From assembly GCA_024137785.1 (NCBI GenBank), contig JAHRHZ010000268.1, forward strand, positions 14,026,698 to 14,090,697: DNA of 64,000 nt, in the 5' to 3' direction. This DNA comes from Ginglymostoma cirratum. Its lineage: Eukaryota. Made by a program: the position numbers and the translations under genes. Each line of letters begins with the position of its first letter. Within the stretch, counting starts at the first letter, position 1. Under the pieces are notes generated by a model. The model saw nothing but the letters and a program-made list of their open reading frames with translations, did not search any database and was not told the origin of the DNA. This document shows, one piece after another, positions 40,201-52,000 of this stretch.

Positions 40201-43200
40201 TATGACACTACCCAGGGTCCTATCATTAATTGTATAAGTCCTGCCCTTGTTTGTTTTACCAAAATGTAATACCTCTTCTAGTTAGATTGAAGTAATGAGT
40301 AGGAAGCCTTTTCCTGTGCCTAACCTCAAATAACATTAGGCATTTGCTACTTATAATTGCATAGGTGTTATGAATAATAGTTGCATTTCAATTCTCCTCT
40401 CTCAAGTTTCACTCCTTTTCTGAGGACACTGACCTATTTTAGAATACAATTTCACACTCCCTTCTTTAAGTGACAGTTTTCCCTGAGACCAGATCTTAAA
40501 TGTACGTAGACTATTCCCCTGAATAGGGAATCATAACCAAGCCTGATCATGTTTTTACACATGCTCTTTGCTCGTAGGATCACTGGATCATGATCAGGTT
40601 CGCAAATTTAGGCTGATTCTGCTCCCCACTTCCTTCCCTAACTCAATAGCATCAAGACCCATTGCATTGCTCATTCCACCAGTCTAAACAAGACTGAATT
40701 GTCCTAAATTATATGATACTAAATCTTACAATGCATTTGCTACATCAACCTTAGCTCCATGCTACTTTTTCTTTCCTTGCAGATATTCTGGTCAGATTCC
40801 GGTGAACTAGTGTGCATTGCTACAGAGGATTCCTTCTTTGTTTTGAAATATCTTGCTGAGAAAGTGGCCACGGCACAGGAAACACATGAAGGAGTTACAG
40901 AAGATGGCATTGAAGATGCCTTTGAGGTCAGGTTGCAAATACTTAACAGTTGAGACGTTACTTAAAAGCAAGAAGAAAACTGAACATTTTAGGATATAAA
41001 AAGTTGCTTAAATAAAACCTGTCTTTCATGGGTATGGTGAACTAAATGACCTGCTGTGCAGAAAATCTTATGTTTTTAATTACAATAAGCTGCAGTTATG
41101 CTACTCCAAGCTTGACATGTTTTTGATTGTTTTGAATTTTTCTAATTACTTGGTACTGGGAAATTATTTCACTGAGTTAAGTGGTTTGTTTAATTTCTTT
41201 GGACATACTTTTTCCAGGTTCTTGGTGAAATTCAAGAAATTGTTAAGACTGGATTGTGGGTAGGAGACTGTTTTATCTACACCAGCTCTGTGAACAGGCT
41301 CAATTACTATGTTGGTGGAGAGATTGTCACCATTGCCCATCTTGACAGGTCAGTGGGAGAGCAGTGGAGAACTTGCAGGACTTACAAATAATGCTCAATA
41401 TCAAATGCTTAAGCAAAATTTGTTTTTACTTGTTCATGGAAAGGTGTCACTGCTGGCCAGTATTTTATTATCTATCCATAATTATTCTGAAAGGGGAGAG
41501 TGATCTAGCAATGGTTTGTGTGTGTTCTGTATTTGTTACATGATCTATAACTAATACCTTGGAAAGAAAAAATTCAAAAATTTGTAGAGTCTGGTTTCAG
41601 GTTCCTTACCAGATCAGCTGCAGTTATGAATAGTAAATGTACAGCATTTAACAGCTCGTGAGTGAAAGTTAGCTGTGTGTCCCGAAGTATGCCTTAGGAA
41701 CAATTTTAACTGTTTACAGCTGTAAATTGAAGACCTTAAAATCACAGCATACAGTAACTGTGATAAATTGATATGACTATTCATACTAAATATCAGTTGT
41801 AATTCCACTTCCTTTCCCTTTAAACCAGAGCTTTGCAGTCTGAAAAATTCTTTTCTTCCTTTGCTAGATGTTAGTATACAGTTCCATGGACATTGATTTC
41901 CTGGCTATAACCAACTAACCGCCCTCTACATGTGAAGTTTGGGACCTTGTGTCAATGGGCTATTTATTGTTGGGTTATCAAGCCCAATGTTATTTTTCAT
42001 CCAGCTTTACTGACACTGGTGCCCTGTATACTTTTTTTTCATTTCTCCTTGGCCTAGGGACTTGCCTTCATTAGCATCAGCTAACTTCGCCAAAGATTGA
42101 GCTGGACACTTGTGCTCTGTTTGATTTGGTCTATATTTACTCAAAGGTTATAAAAGAAACTTTGAAGTCGGTTAACTGAACTCATGTAGTTCCAAAATGA
42201 TCTACATAACTGAAACTGTTATTTTCATTGAAGATCAATGTTAAAGTGTTACAATTTAAGTGCCGATATTATTATTTCAGAACAATGTACCTCCTGGGTT
42301 ATATCCCAAAAGATAATCGACTGTATTTGGGAGATAAAGATTTGAACATCGTCAGCTATTCTTTGCTTGTCTCTGTGCTCGAGTACCAAACTGCAGTCAT
42401 GAGGAGGGACTTTTCCATGGCCGACAAGGTTCTTCCCACAATTCCAAAGGAACAGAGGACAAGAGTAGCACACTTCCTTGAGAAACAGGTTAGATGGAAT
42501 ATAACAACAAAAATGTCAGAAATACTTTTTGTAGATTGTTTCATTCAACAAGGGCGTTTCTCAGCAGAAATGATCCACAACTTCCACTCTCCACAATATT
42601 TAACTTAAAGTAAGCATGCAGTTGAAAGACCGTTCTTGTTGAGCACTTCTCTAATTGCTAAATTGTCTTATGTGGAAATTTTTTTTTCAAAAAGTCAATT
42701 TTTAAATATTCCTATTAAACACATGTTTTTGGTTGCAGCTTTATTTAGATGTTCTAAATTGAATAATACTTGGCAATTTTCCTTCAGTAATGTGAAAAAC
42801 TCTAATGCTCAAGTATGACAAGCACATTAGAGTTTTGGTGATTGTCTAATGGTTAAGGAAATCTCTCTTGTATGTCCAAGCACATCCTGTGTTAAAGACA
42901 CAGGAGGTCTGGCAGTTAAAATTGAATACAATGCCTCTTTGTATTTATTTGTTTTTGTCCAAAATACATTAAGATATGGAAAACTTGGCTTGTGAATGGG
43001 TGGAAGAAATTCCACAAGATAGTCAGCAGGAAAAGAGATATTGGATAGTGGCTGCACAGTTGGAAACTTGGCAATGGTAGGGTTGTGGTGGACGGGAAAG
43101 TATGAAGAACCTTTAGGGAAAGTTTATCAAGAAATGGAAAATAGGAAAGGAAGAAAGAAGGAGAAAAGTGAAAATAATTGAAATGTTTGTAATGATAGGT

Positions 43201-46200
43201 ACTTTTGGCTACAATATGTGTAATGACTTTAAAATTGCAGATGATAATTTTTGCTGTACTACTTGATACGTATATTGTAACCATTAAGAGTTGAATGTTC
43301 AGATAGAAGACTTGACCCTGAAAAGTTACTTGAAAACCAGTTTCAAGTTCATGTAACTTGGCATATTCTTGGATGCCTGCTGTTTTATTTCTCATGAAAC
43401 AAGCAATACCATGTCCTTGACTGACAGTTTGTTTTCTTTTGCTGCTGGATTTATGATCGCAGCAATAACTTATAATAAACTGAACAGTAAAAATTCTATA
43501 ATAGGATTTTGGTTGATGTCTCACCTAATGAACAAAATCAGTCTTTGATTCACCATTTTCCCTACTACCTATCCCAAAATGATCCTGTCAAATAAGGGAT
43601 TTACAGCAGAAGTAATTTCTCCTGCATTTCTCTCTTGAATATTTATCCTTTACCTTGGCAGTTTTGTAGATATTATTTCCATAATTTTCTACATTTAAAA
43701 GCTGTTTGATCCCTTAGTTTGTAGAGAACTTAAAATAATGTAATGTTTCCTTGTAAAATTGTTATTTTGTATCCCAAATTCCCCACTTCCTTTATTGACT
43801 ATTTGCAGAAATTGGAAGAAATTTAGTGTTTGGTCCTGTGGTTGGTTTGGAAGAAATAGATTAAGTGCAATGGTATGACATAGGGAATGGTAATGTAGTC
43901 TCCAGGAAACTGTGATAGCAGCATAGAAATTAAGAACATTTGATAAACTTTCCATTCTAAATTACAAACAAAATAAATTCACATTTTAGTTCCTGTTGCA
44001 ATTTATTTTGGCGAGTGAAATCAATGATGGCGATCATGTCTATGTCAAATTTGTTACACTCTTGTCAGTCGCCTTGCAACATTTCCCTATTTTGAAGCTG
44101 CTGAGCAAATGTAAGTTACGTTGGTGCAGCTGTTTGGTGATGTGGTGACATTTTACTTCTAGGTAAATAAGGTTTTTTTTAAAGTATTACATGACTAATT
44201 TTAGGCTCAAAACAATAGACTTGTACGTTGGTAAGTCGTGCTGATGATAAATGAAATCTGCCATTTTTAATTCAAACAGAAAATCAATGAACTGAACATA
44301 AATGGAATTCATTTTGACAAATTCAGACTGGTAGATTTTCTCCACAGCATCCTGATTAATTTACAAGTGAGAACGTTCTTTGTTTTCCTGTCAGTATCTT
44401 TAAGGTGTTTACTTTTTCCATACACAGGGTTTCAAATCACAGGCTCTTGCGGTATCCACTGATCCAGAGCACCGCTTTGAGCTTGCGCTGCAGCTTGGAG
44501 AGCTCAAGATTGCATATCAATTGGCTGTAGAGGCAGAGGTAACACTTGTATTAATTAGTTTCTTTTATTCGTTCATGGAATATCGGTTTGGCTGATAGGA
44601 GTTTGTTGCCTATCCCTAATTGTTTTTGAATCAAGTGATTTGTGAGGCTATTTCAGTAGGCATTTAAGAGTCAACTAAATTTACTGTGGGTCTGGAGTCA
44701 CGTGTAGGTCAGACCAGATAAGGATGGTAGATTTTCTTCCCTAAAGGATATTAGTGAACTAGATGGAATTTCACAGCAGTCTCATGGTCACCATTACACA
44801 GACTGGCTTTTAAATCCAGATTTATTCATTGATTTGAGAATGCCCTGAATTACCACTCTGCTACATCTACTCTGATTTCTTTGGTCTGAAACCTGAAAAC
44901 TCTCTAGAGTGGCTGGGTAATGTAGAAGCAAGAGTAGGCCATTTGGTCATTCATTATGAACTTTGCTGAACCTTATCTCTGTCATAGTTTGGCTCTCCCC
45001 CAAAACCCATGACACTGTTTCTGACTAGAAATCAATCTACTTTTAAAAATATATTCAGTGATTTAGCCTCACTGCCTTACCTAGTTGGGAATTCCACAGG
45101 TTCACCATCCCTGTAATTTCTCTTTATCTTAGTCCCATATGGCTTACCCCATATTCTGAGAGCATTACCCCTTTTAGATCCCATCTGGCCAGTGGGTATG
45201 TCATCCCTGTATCCAGTCTCTTTAACACTATCAGAAATGTGTATGTTTCGGTGAGATTTCCCTCTCATTCTTCTAAACTCCAGTGAGTACAGAATGATTG
45301 ACTCCATCTCTCTCCATGTGAAAAACCTGCCACACTGAGGAATCAGTCTGATGAACTTTGCTGCTCTCCTTTTATGAAAATGTATCTTTTCTTAAGCAAA
45401 GAGACCAAAACTGCTCACAATATTGCAGGTTTAGTTTCAACAAGGTGCAGACCTACTGCAACAAGGCATCCTTGCTCCAGTACTCAAATCTTCTTGCATT
45501 GAAGGCCAACATACTGTTTTCCTTCCTAACTGCCTACCTTTCTACTTGCTCACAGTGACTGGCGTGCAAGGACAGCCAACAATTTCCAATTTATCACCGT
45601 TTAAATAGTTTTTTGACATTGTTTTTCCTGCTGATTGGATAACTTCACATTTATTCATGTTGTATTTGCCATTTATTTGCCCACGCGTTCAATTTGTCTA
45701 CTTTGCATTGAAATTTTTTCACGTCACCGCATTACACTCAATTCCTCTTATTTGTGTCATCAGAAAAGTTGGAAATGTTACATTTGATTTCCTCCTCAAA
45801 ATCTTGGATATATGTCTACTCTGTTTCCTATCTTTCAACCAGTTTTCAATTTTTTAAAAAATTCTCAACCGTCATCAGACTTAGCTAGATTGTTCCTTAC
45901 AAATATTCCAGCTTTGACGCGGAACCAATGTTTGAGAACCTTGAACTGAGGCAATATTCGACTGTTATTGCTCACATACTTTATTTGTTTTGGAATGGGA
46001 CTACTGTACGTTGTATATTTTTGGCAGGTTAAGCACCATTTAGAGTGGTCTAATAATATTTCAGGTTAGACCCTGAATTAGAGCTGAAAAGTATACAGAT
46101 GAACAGAATTTCTATTTAAAAAAAGAGGGTACAAACATTTGCAGACAGAGGAAAGAAGATTTTTAAGTATAGACCAGCACACTAGGCATAATCAAAAGCA

Positions 46201-49200
46201 GTTACAAGGGCTACATAATAGATGGTGGTATGGTGCAATTAAAACTACTGGAAGTGAAAGCACAGGAAAAATGAGCAACATTTGGGAGCCTGGAATAGAA
46301 AAAAAAAGTTAATATTAAGAATACAGACTATTCTGTCAGATGTTTTCTGATGGGGTTTGTCACCCCAAGCAGGTTTCAAATATGTAGTTTACTCATTCCA
46401 TTTAATCCTGCAGTTGATATTAAGTCTGTGAACCTGTACATCATTTTCTGAAAATAGGTATAAATTGTATTTCAATTCAATTTAAAAAGATTGTTTTGTT
46501 TTCTTCAAAAAAATTTATTTTCATCCCCACAGTCAGAACAGAAGTGGAAGCAGTTGGCAGAGCTTGCGATCAGTAAGTGCCAGTTTACCCTTGCTCAGGA
46601 GTGTTTACACCATGCACAAGATTATGGTGGACTGTTGTTGCTGGCTACTGCCTCAGGCAATGCTCCAATGGTTAACAAATTAGCAGAAGTTGTCGAAAAA
46701 GATGGCAAGAACAATGTGGCCTTTATGACTTATTTCATGCAAGGAAAGTAAGTACTACACCTTTCAATCTTTACTTTTAACTTCTTTGACAGATTTGCTA
46801 AATTTCAATCACTTGACACTGCTGAATACAATTCATTTCTATAAACAATGAATTGTGTTTTTTTACCATTTTGTTTTCAGATTTTCAGCTTATGATTATA
46901 ATAGTAATTTGAATACAATTTGAAGAGCCTGGACATGTCCACTTAAGGAAATTGTCTTTTTCAATACACCCTCTGGAAAATTTAAAAATATCTCAATTAC
47001 GTTACCCTAAACATTCTATAGTCAAATAATCTTAACCAGATTTATGCAACCTGTCTCTTTAATTTTATTTCTTAAGCTCTTGTTGAGTGAATCATCATTC
47101 CCGTTCAGGTCCTGTATATTCTTCCTATATTTGTTCCTGCTATTTGGTGCCTAAATTGAATCTAATATATTATGTAGAATATACAGCAAAGAAAGAGACC
47201 ATTTCCCCGAGGTTTAAACATTGATGTACACAACAACACCACCCCTGAAACAAAATCCATCCAGAGTTGTGAATTCAATAAGCGTATTTGGCTATTCTGT
47301 TAAGCTTGCAATTACTTTATCTTTTAAAATTATTTCATGTAGGCTTGACAATTGTTTGGAATTGCTGATAAAAACAGGACGTCTCCCGGAAGCTGCCTTT
47401 TTTTCTAGAACCTACTTGCCAAGTCAGGTTTCTAGGTATGAGTCTACAGTTTCAATTCCATCATAGCACAGTGCAATCTTGCATGTTTACATACAAAAAT
47501 ACATGTGCATAATAATTTGCATTCTGACGCTAACTTTTCCTTTCAGGGTTGTGAAACTCTGGAGAGAGAATCTTGCCAAAATAAACCAAAAAGCTGCAGA
47601 ATCTCTTGCTGACCCCACAGAATATGAAAACCTATTCCCAGGTCTAAAAGAAGCTTTTGTAGCTGAGCAGTACCTGAAAGAAACCAGCAAGACTAAAGAG
47701 AGACCCGCCAGGGATTACCCTCTTGTCACTGTAAGTTATAGCATCCTTTTATTTTATAAAAATGTTGAGAATTTGGATTAAAATAGAATTTGCCAGTGCT
47801 AATCTTGTTCCTGCTATTTTTGCTCACTAGCCAAATGAAGAAAGGAATGTTATTGAAGAGTCAAAAGACTTCACACCATCTCATCATGGAGCATCGGTTG
47901 AGGTAGCTGATTATTATAAAACGCATCCTTTCTTCAGAAATTTAAAAAAAAGTATTGGAAAAATTCAGATCTGGCAATGTCAAAGTTAACCGAGTTGAGT
48001 CCAACATGACTTCAATGTTAGAGAGTTGTATTGGATTCACTGTGAATGTTGTTTCTGTCTCCAGATACTGGCCAGACCTGCTGGATTTTTCTGACACTAT
48101 TTTTATTTCAGATCTCCACCATCCACAATAACTTGCTTTTGTTCCTTGATTTCTGAGTTGGAAAGTTAGTGTTGAAGTCAAAGCCCTCCACAACCATGGA
48201 CACATCTTTACTATTAATCTATTGAAAATGTTTCAAGCTGGAGTTAGAAACAGTTCATAAATCAAGAATTTGCATGTCTCAGTTGAGGAAGGAGCTCTGC
48301 TGGCAGCATCTTAGTCCTGCAATATTAAAAATTCAAACAAGGATTTTTTTTAAATGACTGATTCCCTGGACCAATATAACAAAAAAAAACTTTGATATAA
48401 TTAGAAGATTTCAACAATTTATGTTTTGTCATTTTAGAATTCTAAAGATGAACAGGAAACAGTGTCAAGTGTGTCTACACCAAATGCATCAATGATAGCA
48501 GACGCAAAACCTGTATTAGAATCAGACCCTGCTTATGTGGTGACTACAGCTGTGCCACGAGGAATGGACATTGAAACTAAAAAGGTATTTCAACTTGAGC
48601 AAGATAAGAAAACTCATTTAAGCAAATCCATGTTTGTAAAGATCAATATCGACTAAAGCTGTAAAGATGAACTCCATTGACTGGCCACTCCTTACTGAGG
48701 TAAAAATGGAGTATCTGCATTTACTGAAAAGGAAACCATTTATCTTTTTTGAGATAAAAGAAAGGAACATTATAAAGTAAAACCAAATTGATAACGGATT
48801 AAAAACCGAAAGAACTGCGGATGCTGTAAATCAGGGACAAAAACAAAGTTACTGCAAAAGCGCAGCAGATCTGGCAGCATCTGTGAACGGAAAAAACAGA
48901 GTTAACATTTCAGGTCTGATGACCCGTCCTCAGAACATTAATGGATTAGGTAGCTTGGGACCAAGATGGTGCATCCTGAATTTTTCGGAAAAAAATGGTA
49001 AACAGAATGGCACGTGATAAACCACTAAATAAATTGGTCCTCCACTAGATACGGAGGCATGTTGTGGGTTGGATAAATAATTGATTGCATTCTTGTAGAC
49101 TCAAAATAGATATTAATGGTAATGGAAAATAGTTAATCATGGAGCCCAGAAATAGATGTTTTTCACCATCATTAATAGTGGTGTATATAGACTACTTGGT

Positions 49201-50732
49201 CTGTCTCTAAGATTGTTGTTGGTGTACAGAACGTGATGAGCAAAATTTATGAAAATTCCATTGTAGTAGATCTAACTTCAATGAGAAGTTGACATCCATC
49301 TGGCAAATGTCACTTGTACATAAATATAACATATATAGATGGATAGACAAGTTCAATCTTGTCATAACATTACATAAAAATGAAGATCTGTTTCCAGTAC
49401 CACGAGACTACTGCCAGGATGGTTAAATACACAGCGTGTATTATTATATTGTCTTCATACAAGACCTTGTTTAGGCCTTATCTAGAATGCACTGTCAAGC
49501 TTTGGTGTCTCCGGGTGCTGGGTGAACTAGCAAACCTGGAGAAGTTTCGGAAGTAGACCACTAGATCTCAATCTTGTTTTAAAGGCCTTTATAAACCACC
49601 AGTGGCTTAAGAGCTAGAGTTTGTTTTACTTTGGAGTAGTGTGACATTTCAGGATGTTTATTTGAAATGTTTAAACAATGAAAGCATTATGTGGTGTGGC
49701 TGGGCCAAATTTAGTCAGACAGGTAAGGATCAGGTGACCGTGAATACAAGTTTCAGGAGCACAGAATTACATTAAATTTCAGGAGACATCATTGAACCTA
49801 TTGGATAAATGCCTAAATCTACCTTCCAATTTTGATTGCTTGGAACTTAATTTTCTTCAGGGTAAGGACAGCAATTTGAGTTAAATTGGCCTGTTCTTGC
49901 TTCTCCCAGAAGACACTGTGGATACATTAGGTACCTCTAGTCATGACTCTTCCTTCAAACTCCTGTCTGACTCTCCCACGTTTTATCCTCTATACGCATG
50001 AAGTTATACAAAACTTATACCAAGTTCTGTCATCTATCACCCTTACTTTCATTGACATACACAATCTCCAGTTTAAAATTAAGATCTTGTTAAAGTCTCA
50101 TCCTCATTTTCAAATCGCTCCATAGCCTTACCTGTTTCTATCTCTAAAAATCCCAATCTAATTCTGACATCTTAAGCAAACCTGATTTAAGTGCTCCACC
50201 ATTGGGATCACACTATCTAGGAGTTAAGTTCTGGAATTGCCTCCCTTCACTGTCTACTTCACCTTTGACAAGAGTGTTTCAAGCATGTCTTAAAGTGACT
50301 TGGTATCATATTTTTTATAATGGCTCTTTGGGATATTTTATTACATTAGAGCTGACAAAATATAATTTTCTGTTGAAGAGCACAATGTGAAGGAGTTATA
50401 CCATGATCTGATCCAGGTGTGCTGCTCTTTTCATTTACACATTTGTAAAACATAATACAGAAGAACATTTTGGGAAAGCAAAGTGTGATATGCAATTTAG
50501 TAATAGCCCTGCTGGCAAGTGTCTGCAAAGGGGGAATTTGAGAGCAAGAATCATAAATATGGAAGAAATGTATTTGATTTAATCAGTCTCAAGTCTTGTC
50601 CCATTCACTTTTGAAATCTCATTCTCTTGTTTCTAGTCTCTGACTGATCTTGATGATGATTTGGATAACTTGGAGTTGGAAGACATAGACACTTCAGACG
50701 TTAACTTGGATGAAGACTTCCTGGATGATTAA
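22243..50732 (+). CDS. COPB2: COPB2, coatomer subunit beta-prime; whole-gene span, 22 coding exons, 933 aa
   Basis: Spliced translation [25 protein letters not shown]...[23 protein letters not shown] matches remembered vertebrate COPB2; all introns GT-AG, frame continuous, 2802 nt total. Confidence 0.98.
23790..24142 (-). mobile_element. HE1-like V-SINE
   Basis: Minus strand: tRNA-like head ggtggctcaatgg..ggttcaattc, V-domain gtgggtttcctctgggtgctccag..caaaagatgtgc, CR1-type tail. Confidence 0.85.
25293..25430 (+). CDS. COPB2: COPB2 exon 2
   Basis: ttctag|PLRLDIKRK...WNHESQ|gtatag. Confidence 0.97.
26406..26492 (+). CDS. COPB2: COPB2 exon 3
   Basis: tttcag|[29 protein letters not shown]|gtaggt. 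Confidence 0.97.
26945..27095 (+). mobile_element. CR1 LINE 3' tip
   Basis: Matches 7605-7750. Confidence 0.75.
27580..27706 (+). CDS. COPB2: COPB2 exon 4
   Basis: [42 protein letters not shown]|gtgagt. Confidence 0.97.
27932..28080 (+). CDS. COPB2: COPB2 exon 5
   Basis: [28 protein letters not shown]...LDRTIK|gtatgt. Confidence 0.97.
28318..28464 (+). CDS. COPB2: COPB2 exon 6
   Basis: [26 protein letters not shown]...KIWDYQ|gtacgg. Confidence 0.97.
28845..29190 (+). mobile_element. tRNA-derived SINE
   Basis: A-box tggcctggtgg, B-box ggtttgaatcc, A-rich tail. Confidence 0.7.
29280..29379 (+). CDS. COPB2: COPB2 exon 7
   Basis: [33 protein letters not shown]|gtgagt. Confidence 0.97.
29821..30010. 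mobile_element. Older palindromic element in COPB2 intron 7
   Basis: Imperfect inverted arms (aaaagagaccagaaattgaagctttt / aaaagctttgatttcttgtctccttt). Confidence 0.6.
30537..31466 (-). mobile_element. Penelope/Poseidon-type element, GIY-YIG end with inverted terminus, COPB2 intron 7
   Basis: TLATLPRIK and decayed VYKIPC..GQTG region; inverted end at ~31255-31466; TSD attagtggaag at 30526-30536 and 31467-31477. Confidence 0.85.
31984..32126 (+). CDS. COPB2: COPB2 exon 8
   Basis: [25 protein letters not shown]...GSIIIK|gtatgc. Confidence 0.97.
32290..32890 (+). mobile_element. Old CR1/L2 LINE 3' fragment
   Basis: ttagaagcagttcataaaggtttact..gagaggtgacctta and tail similar to 53390-54290. 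Confidence 0.5.
33186..33347. mobile_element. Short palindromic family B element, COPB2 intron 8
   Basis: About 50-bp inverted arms; TSD tgtacaggaatg at 33174-33185 and 33348-33359; single-arm relatives near 32975-33055 and 33795-33890. Confidence 0.85.
33968..34167 (+). CDS. COPB2: COPB2 exon 9
   Basis: [23 protein letters not shown]...QHNPNG|gtaaag. Confidence 0.97.
35380..35490 (+). CDS. COPB2: COPB2 exon 10
   Basis: [36 protein letters not shown]|gtaagt. Confidence 0.97.
35572..35660 (+). CDS. COPB2: COPB2 exon 11
   Basis: [29 protein letters not shown]|gtaagg. Confidence 0.97.
36702..36808 (+). CDS. COPB2: COPB2 exon 12
   Basis: [35 protein letters not shown]|gtgagt. Confidence 0.97.
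37426..39393 (-). mobile_element. Penelope-like element (Neptune-type), internally deleted, with inverted end, COPB2 intron 12
   Basis: LTIKPADNG (RT N-part), RT thumb and GIY-YIG remnants ([13 protein letters not shown]); inverted 3' end at ~39190-39393; TSD agcctctgtt at 37416-37425 and 39394-39403. Confidence 0.88.
39500..40275 (-). mobile_element. CR1 LINE 3' end
   Basis: [45 protein letters not shown]. Confidence 0.88.
40783..40926 (+). CDS. COPB2: COPB2 exon 13
   Basis: [19 protein letters not shown]...GIEDAFE|gtcagg. Confidence 0.97.
41218..41348 (+). CDS. COPB2: COPB2 exon 14
   Basis: [43 protein letters not shown]|gtcagt. Confidence 0.97.
42281..42488 (+). CDS. COPB2: COPB2 exon 15
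   Basis: [19 protein letters not shown]...VAHFLEKQ|gttaga. Confidence 0.97.
44428..44538 (+). CDS. COPB2: COPB2 exon 16
   Basis: [37 protein letters not shown]|gtaaca. Confidence 0.97.
44930..45820 (-). mobile_element. CR1/L2 LINE 3' fragment
   Basis: [11 protein letters not shown]; related to 1-335. Confidence 0.7.
46533..46747 (+). CDS. COPB2: COPB2 exon 17
   Basis: [18 protein letters not shown]...TYFMQG|gtaagt. Confidence 0.97.
47343..47435 (+). CDS. COPB2: COPB2 exon 18
   Basis: [30 protein letters not shown]|gtatga. Confidence 0.97.
47547..47730 (+). CDS. COPB2: COPB2 exon 19
   Basis: [32 protein letters not shown]...DYPLVT|gtaagt. Confidence 0.97.
47831..47902 (+). CDS. COPB2: COPB2 exon 20
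   Basis: cactag|[24 protein letters not shown]|gtagct. Confidence 0.92.
47945..48145. mobile_element. Decayed palindromic family B-like element
   Basis: ccagacctgctggatttttc arm with a degraded inverted partner; no TSD seen. Confidence 0.5.
48438..48584 (+). CDS. COPB2: COPB2 exon 21 (poorly conserved linker, 49 aa)
   Basis: ttttag|[49 protein letters not shown]|gtattt; 147 nt open, phase 0/0; DAKP..VV..KK echoes human DGKP..VIV..EEK. Confidence 0.75.
48802..48938 (-). mobile_element. Single-arm family B element, COPB2 intron 21
   Basis: Same arm as the 21340 copy plus tail; TSD taa(c/t)ggatta at 48792-48801 and 48939-48948. Confidence 0.78.
50637..50732 (+). CDS. COPB2: COPB2 exon 22 (acidic C-terminus and stop)
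   Basis: ttctag|[34 protein letters not shown]. Confidence 0.96.
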   Translation, partial: SLTDLDDDLDNLELEDIDTSDVNLDEDFLDD

Positions 50733-51034
50733 ATTGAAAACCAAGTATATTTAAACGTGACCAAATTTCTATTACATGAATGAATATTCAACGTTTGCTT
50801 TTAGAAGGATATTGCAATTTATTACAACTTTGGACAGTTCTAAAATGGTAGAGCTGATTGTCACTGTCTTGCTGCCCATTCTGAAATGCATTTTGCACCA
50901 CACAACAGGTGGCACTGTTGTCAAACCAGCAGATCAGAATGCATGGCTGCCATGAACATACCTGTAAAGTAAGTAGTGGAGTTAGTGCTTCATAACTGCA
51001 TAGAAGTTTGTATTGTTGTGTTGTATTAACTCAA

Positions 51035-51040
51035 AATAAA
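51035..51040 (+). terminator. Probable COPB2 polyadenylation signal
   Basis: AATAAA about 300 nt after the stop; a second AATAAA at 51456-51461. Confidence 0.6.
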
Positions 51041-51177
51041 ACTAGTTACATTTTTCATGGGACTCTGGCACATGTTTGGCTCACCCCCTTTAATGGAACA
51101 CTAATCCCAAGAGAAGTTGACTATATTAATTTTACATTGAGAATACCTTCAAAGCAGTGACATGAAATATTGAATAT

Positions 51178-51183
51178 TTTATT
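51178..51183 (-). terminator. Candidate MRPS22 polyadenylation signal
   Basis: TTTATT on + strand (AATAAA on -), about 700 nt past the MRPS22 stop. Confidence 0.35.
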
Positions 51184-51880
51184 ACAAATGTAGTGAAAAA
51201 CAACCAGTGTTTGAGGACAATTGTTTGCTCTTGCACTGAAAATGGTTAATGTGAAGCCTATGTTTTCTTGGGTGATTTCAATTTTAATCTCTCCCACTCC
51301 ATCTACAGACCATGTGGGTGACAGCATACTCTCATATTTCAACATGTGAATTATTGTTCAAAGCAAACATTTTGAAATCACTTCAATAATGAGTGTTTCC
51401 AGATGGAGGCAATCCAAAGAATAGACTTTAAAAATGAAAGGGAGTGTAACTATACAATAAAATGCCAAATTTCACTACAGGACTAGATCGCTCTTGCTTT
51501 AGCAAAAAATCCATTTCGTCAGCATGTTAGCACTTGTTACAATTAGGTTTCAAAAATATTGTATATTTGTAGAGAGCTTGACAAGTTCAGGCTTCGTTGT
51601 GATCTCACCTGAAGTCACACAACACGATGACTCAATTGAAACTTAGACCGTCTGTGGAACCGTTCTCCAGTGCTAAATGCGTCCTCTTTGTAGAAGTCTA
51701 ATGGCCCAACCTGCTCATATTCCAATTTTTCAAAGCATTAGAACACCTGTAATATTTCAATACTTTGAAGAAAATATTTTCTTTTCCCCAAAAATACGTG
51801 GAATAGAAATGAATAGAAACGTTCAGTTACTCCACATTCCTAGCAAGCTGAATTCAGAACTCTTGCGTTGGACAGATTGA

Positions 51881-52000
51881 TTAATTTCCTTCTTCGTTCC
51901 GACATGGATCTTGATTAGCAGAGCTGTTGAGCGTGTCCTGGTAAGCTTGCAAAGCTAATTCAATGTAGCCTCCTTTTTGGGAATCGGTATGGGAAAATAT
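51881..52000 (-). CDS. MRPS22: MRPS22 terminal coding exon
   Basis: ttctag|[39 protein letters not shown]. Confidence 0.93.
   Translation of the reverse strand: MFSHTDSQKGGYIELALQAYQDTLNSSANQDPCRNEEGN

Noticed and set aside
42916-43524. 202-aa antisense ORF in COPB2 intron 15
   Set aside because: No recognisable domain and composition typical of AT-rich intron
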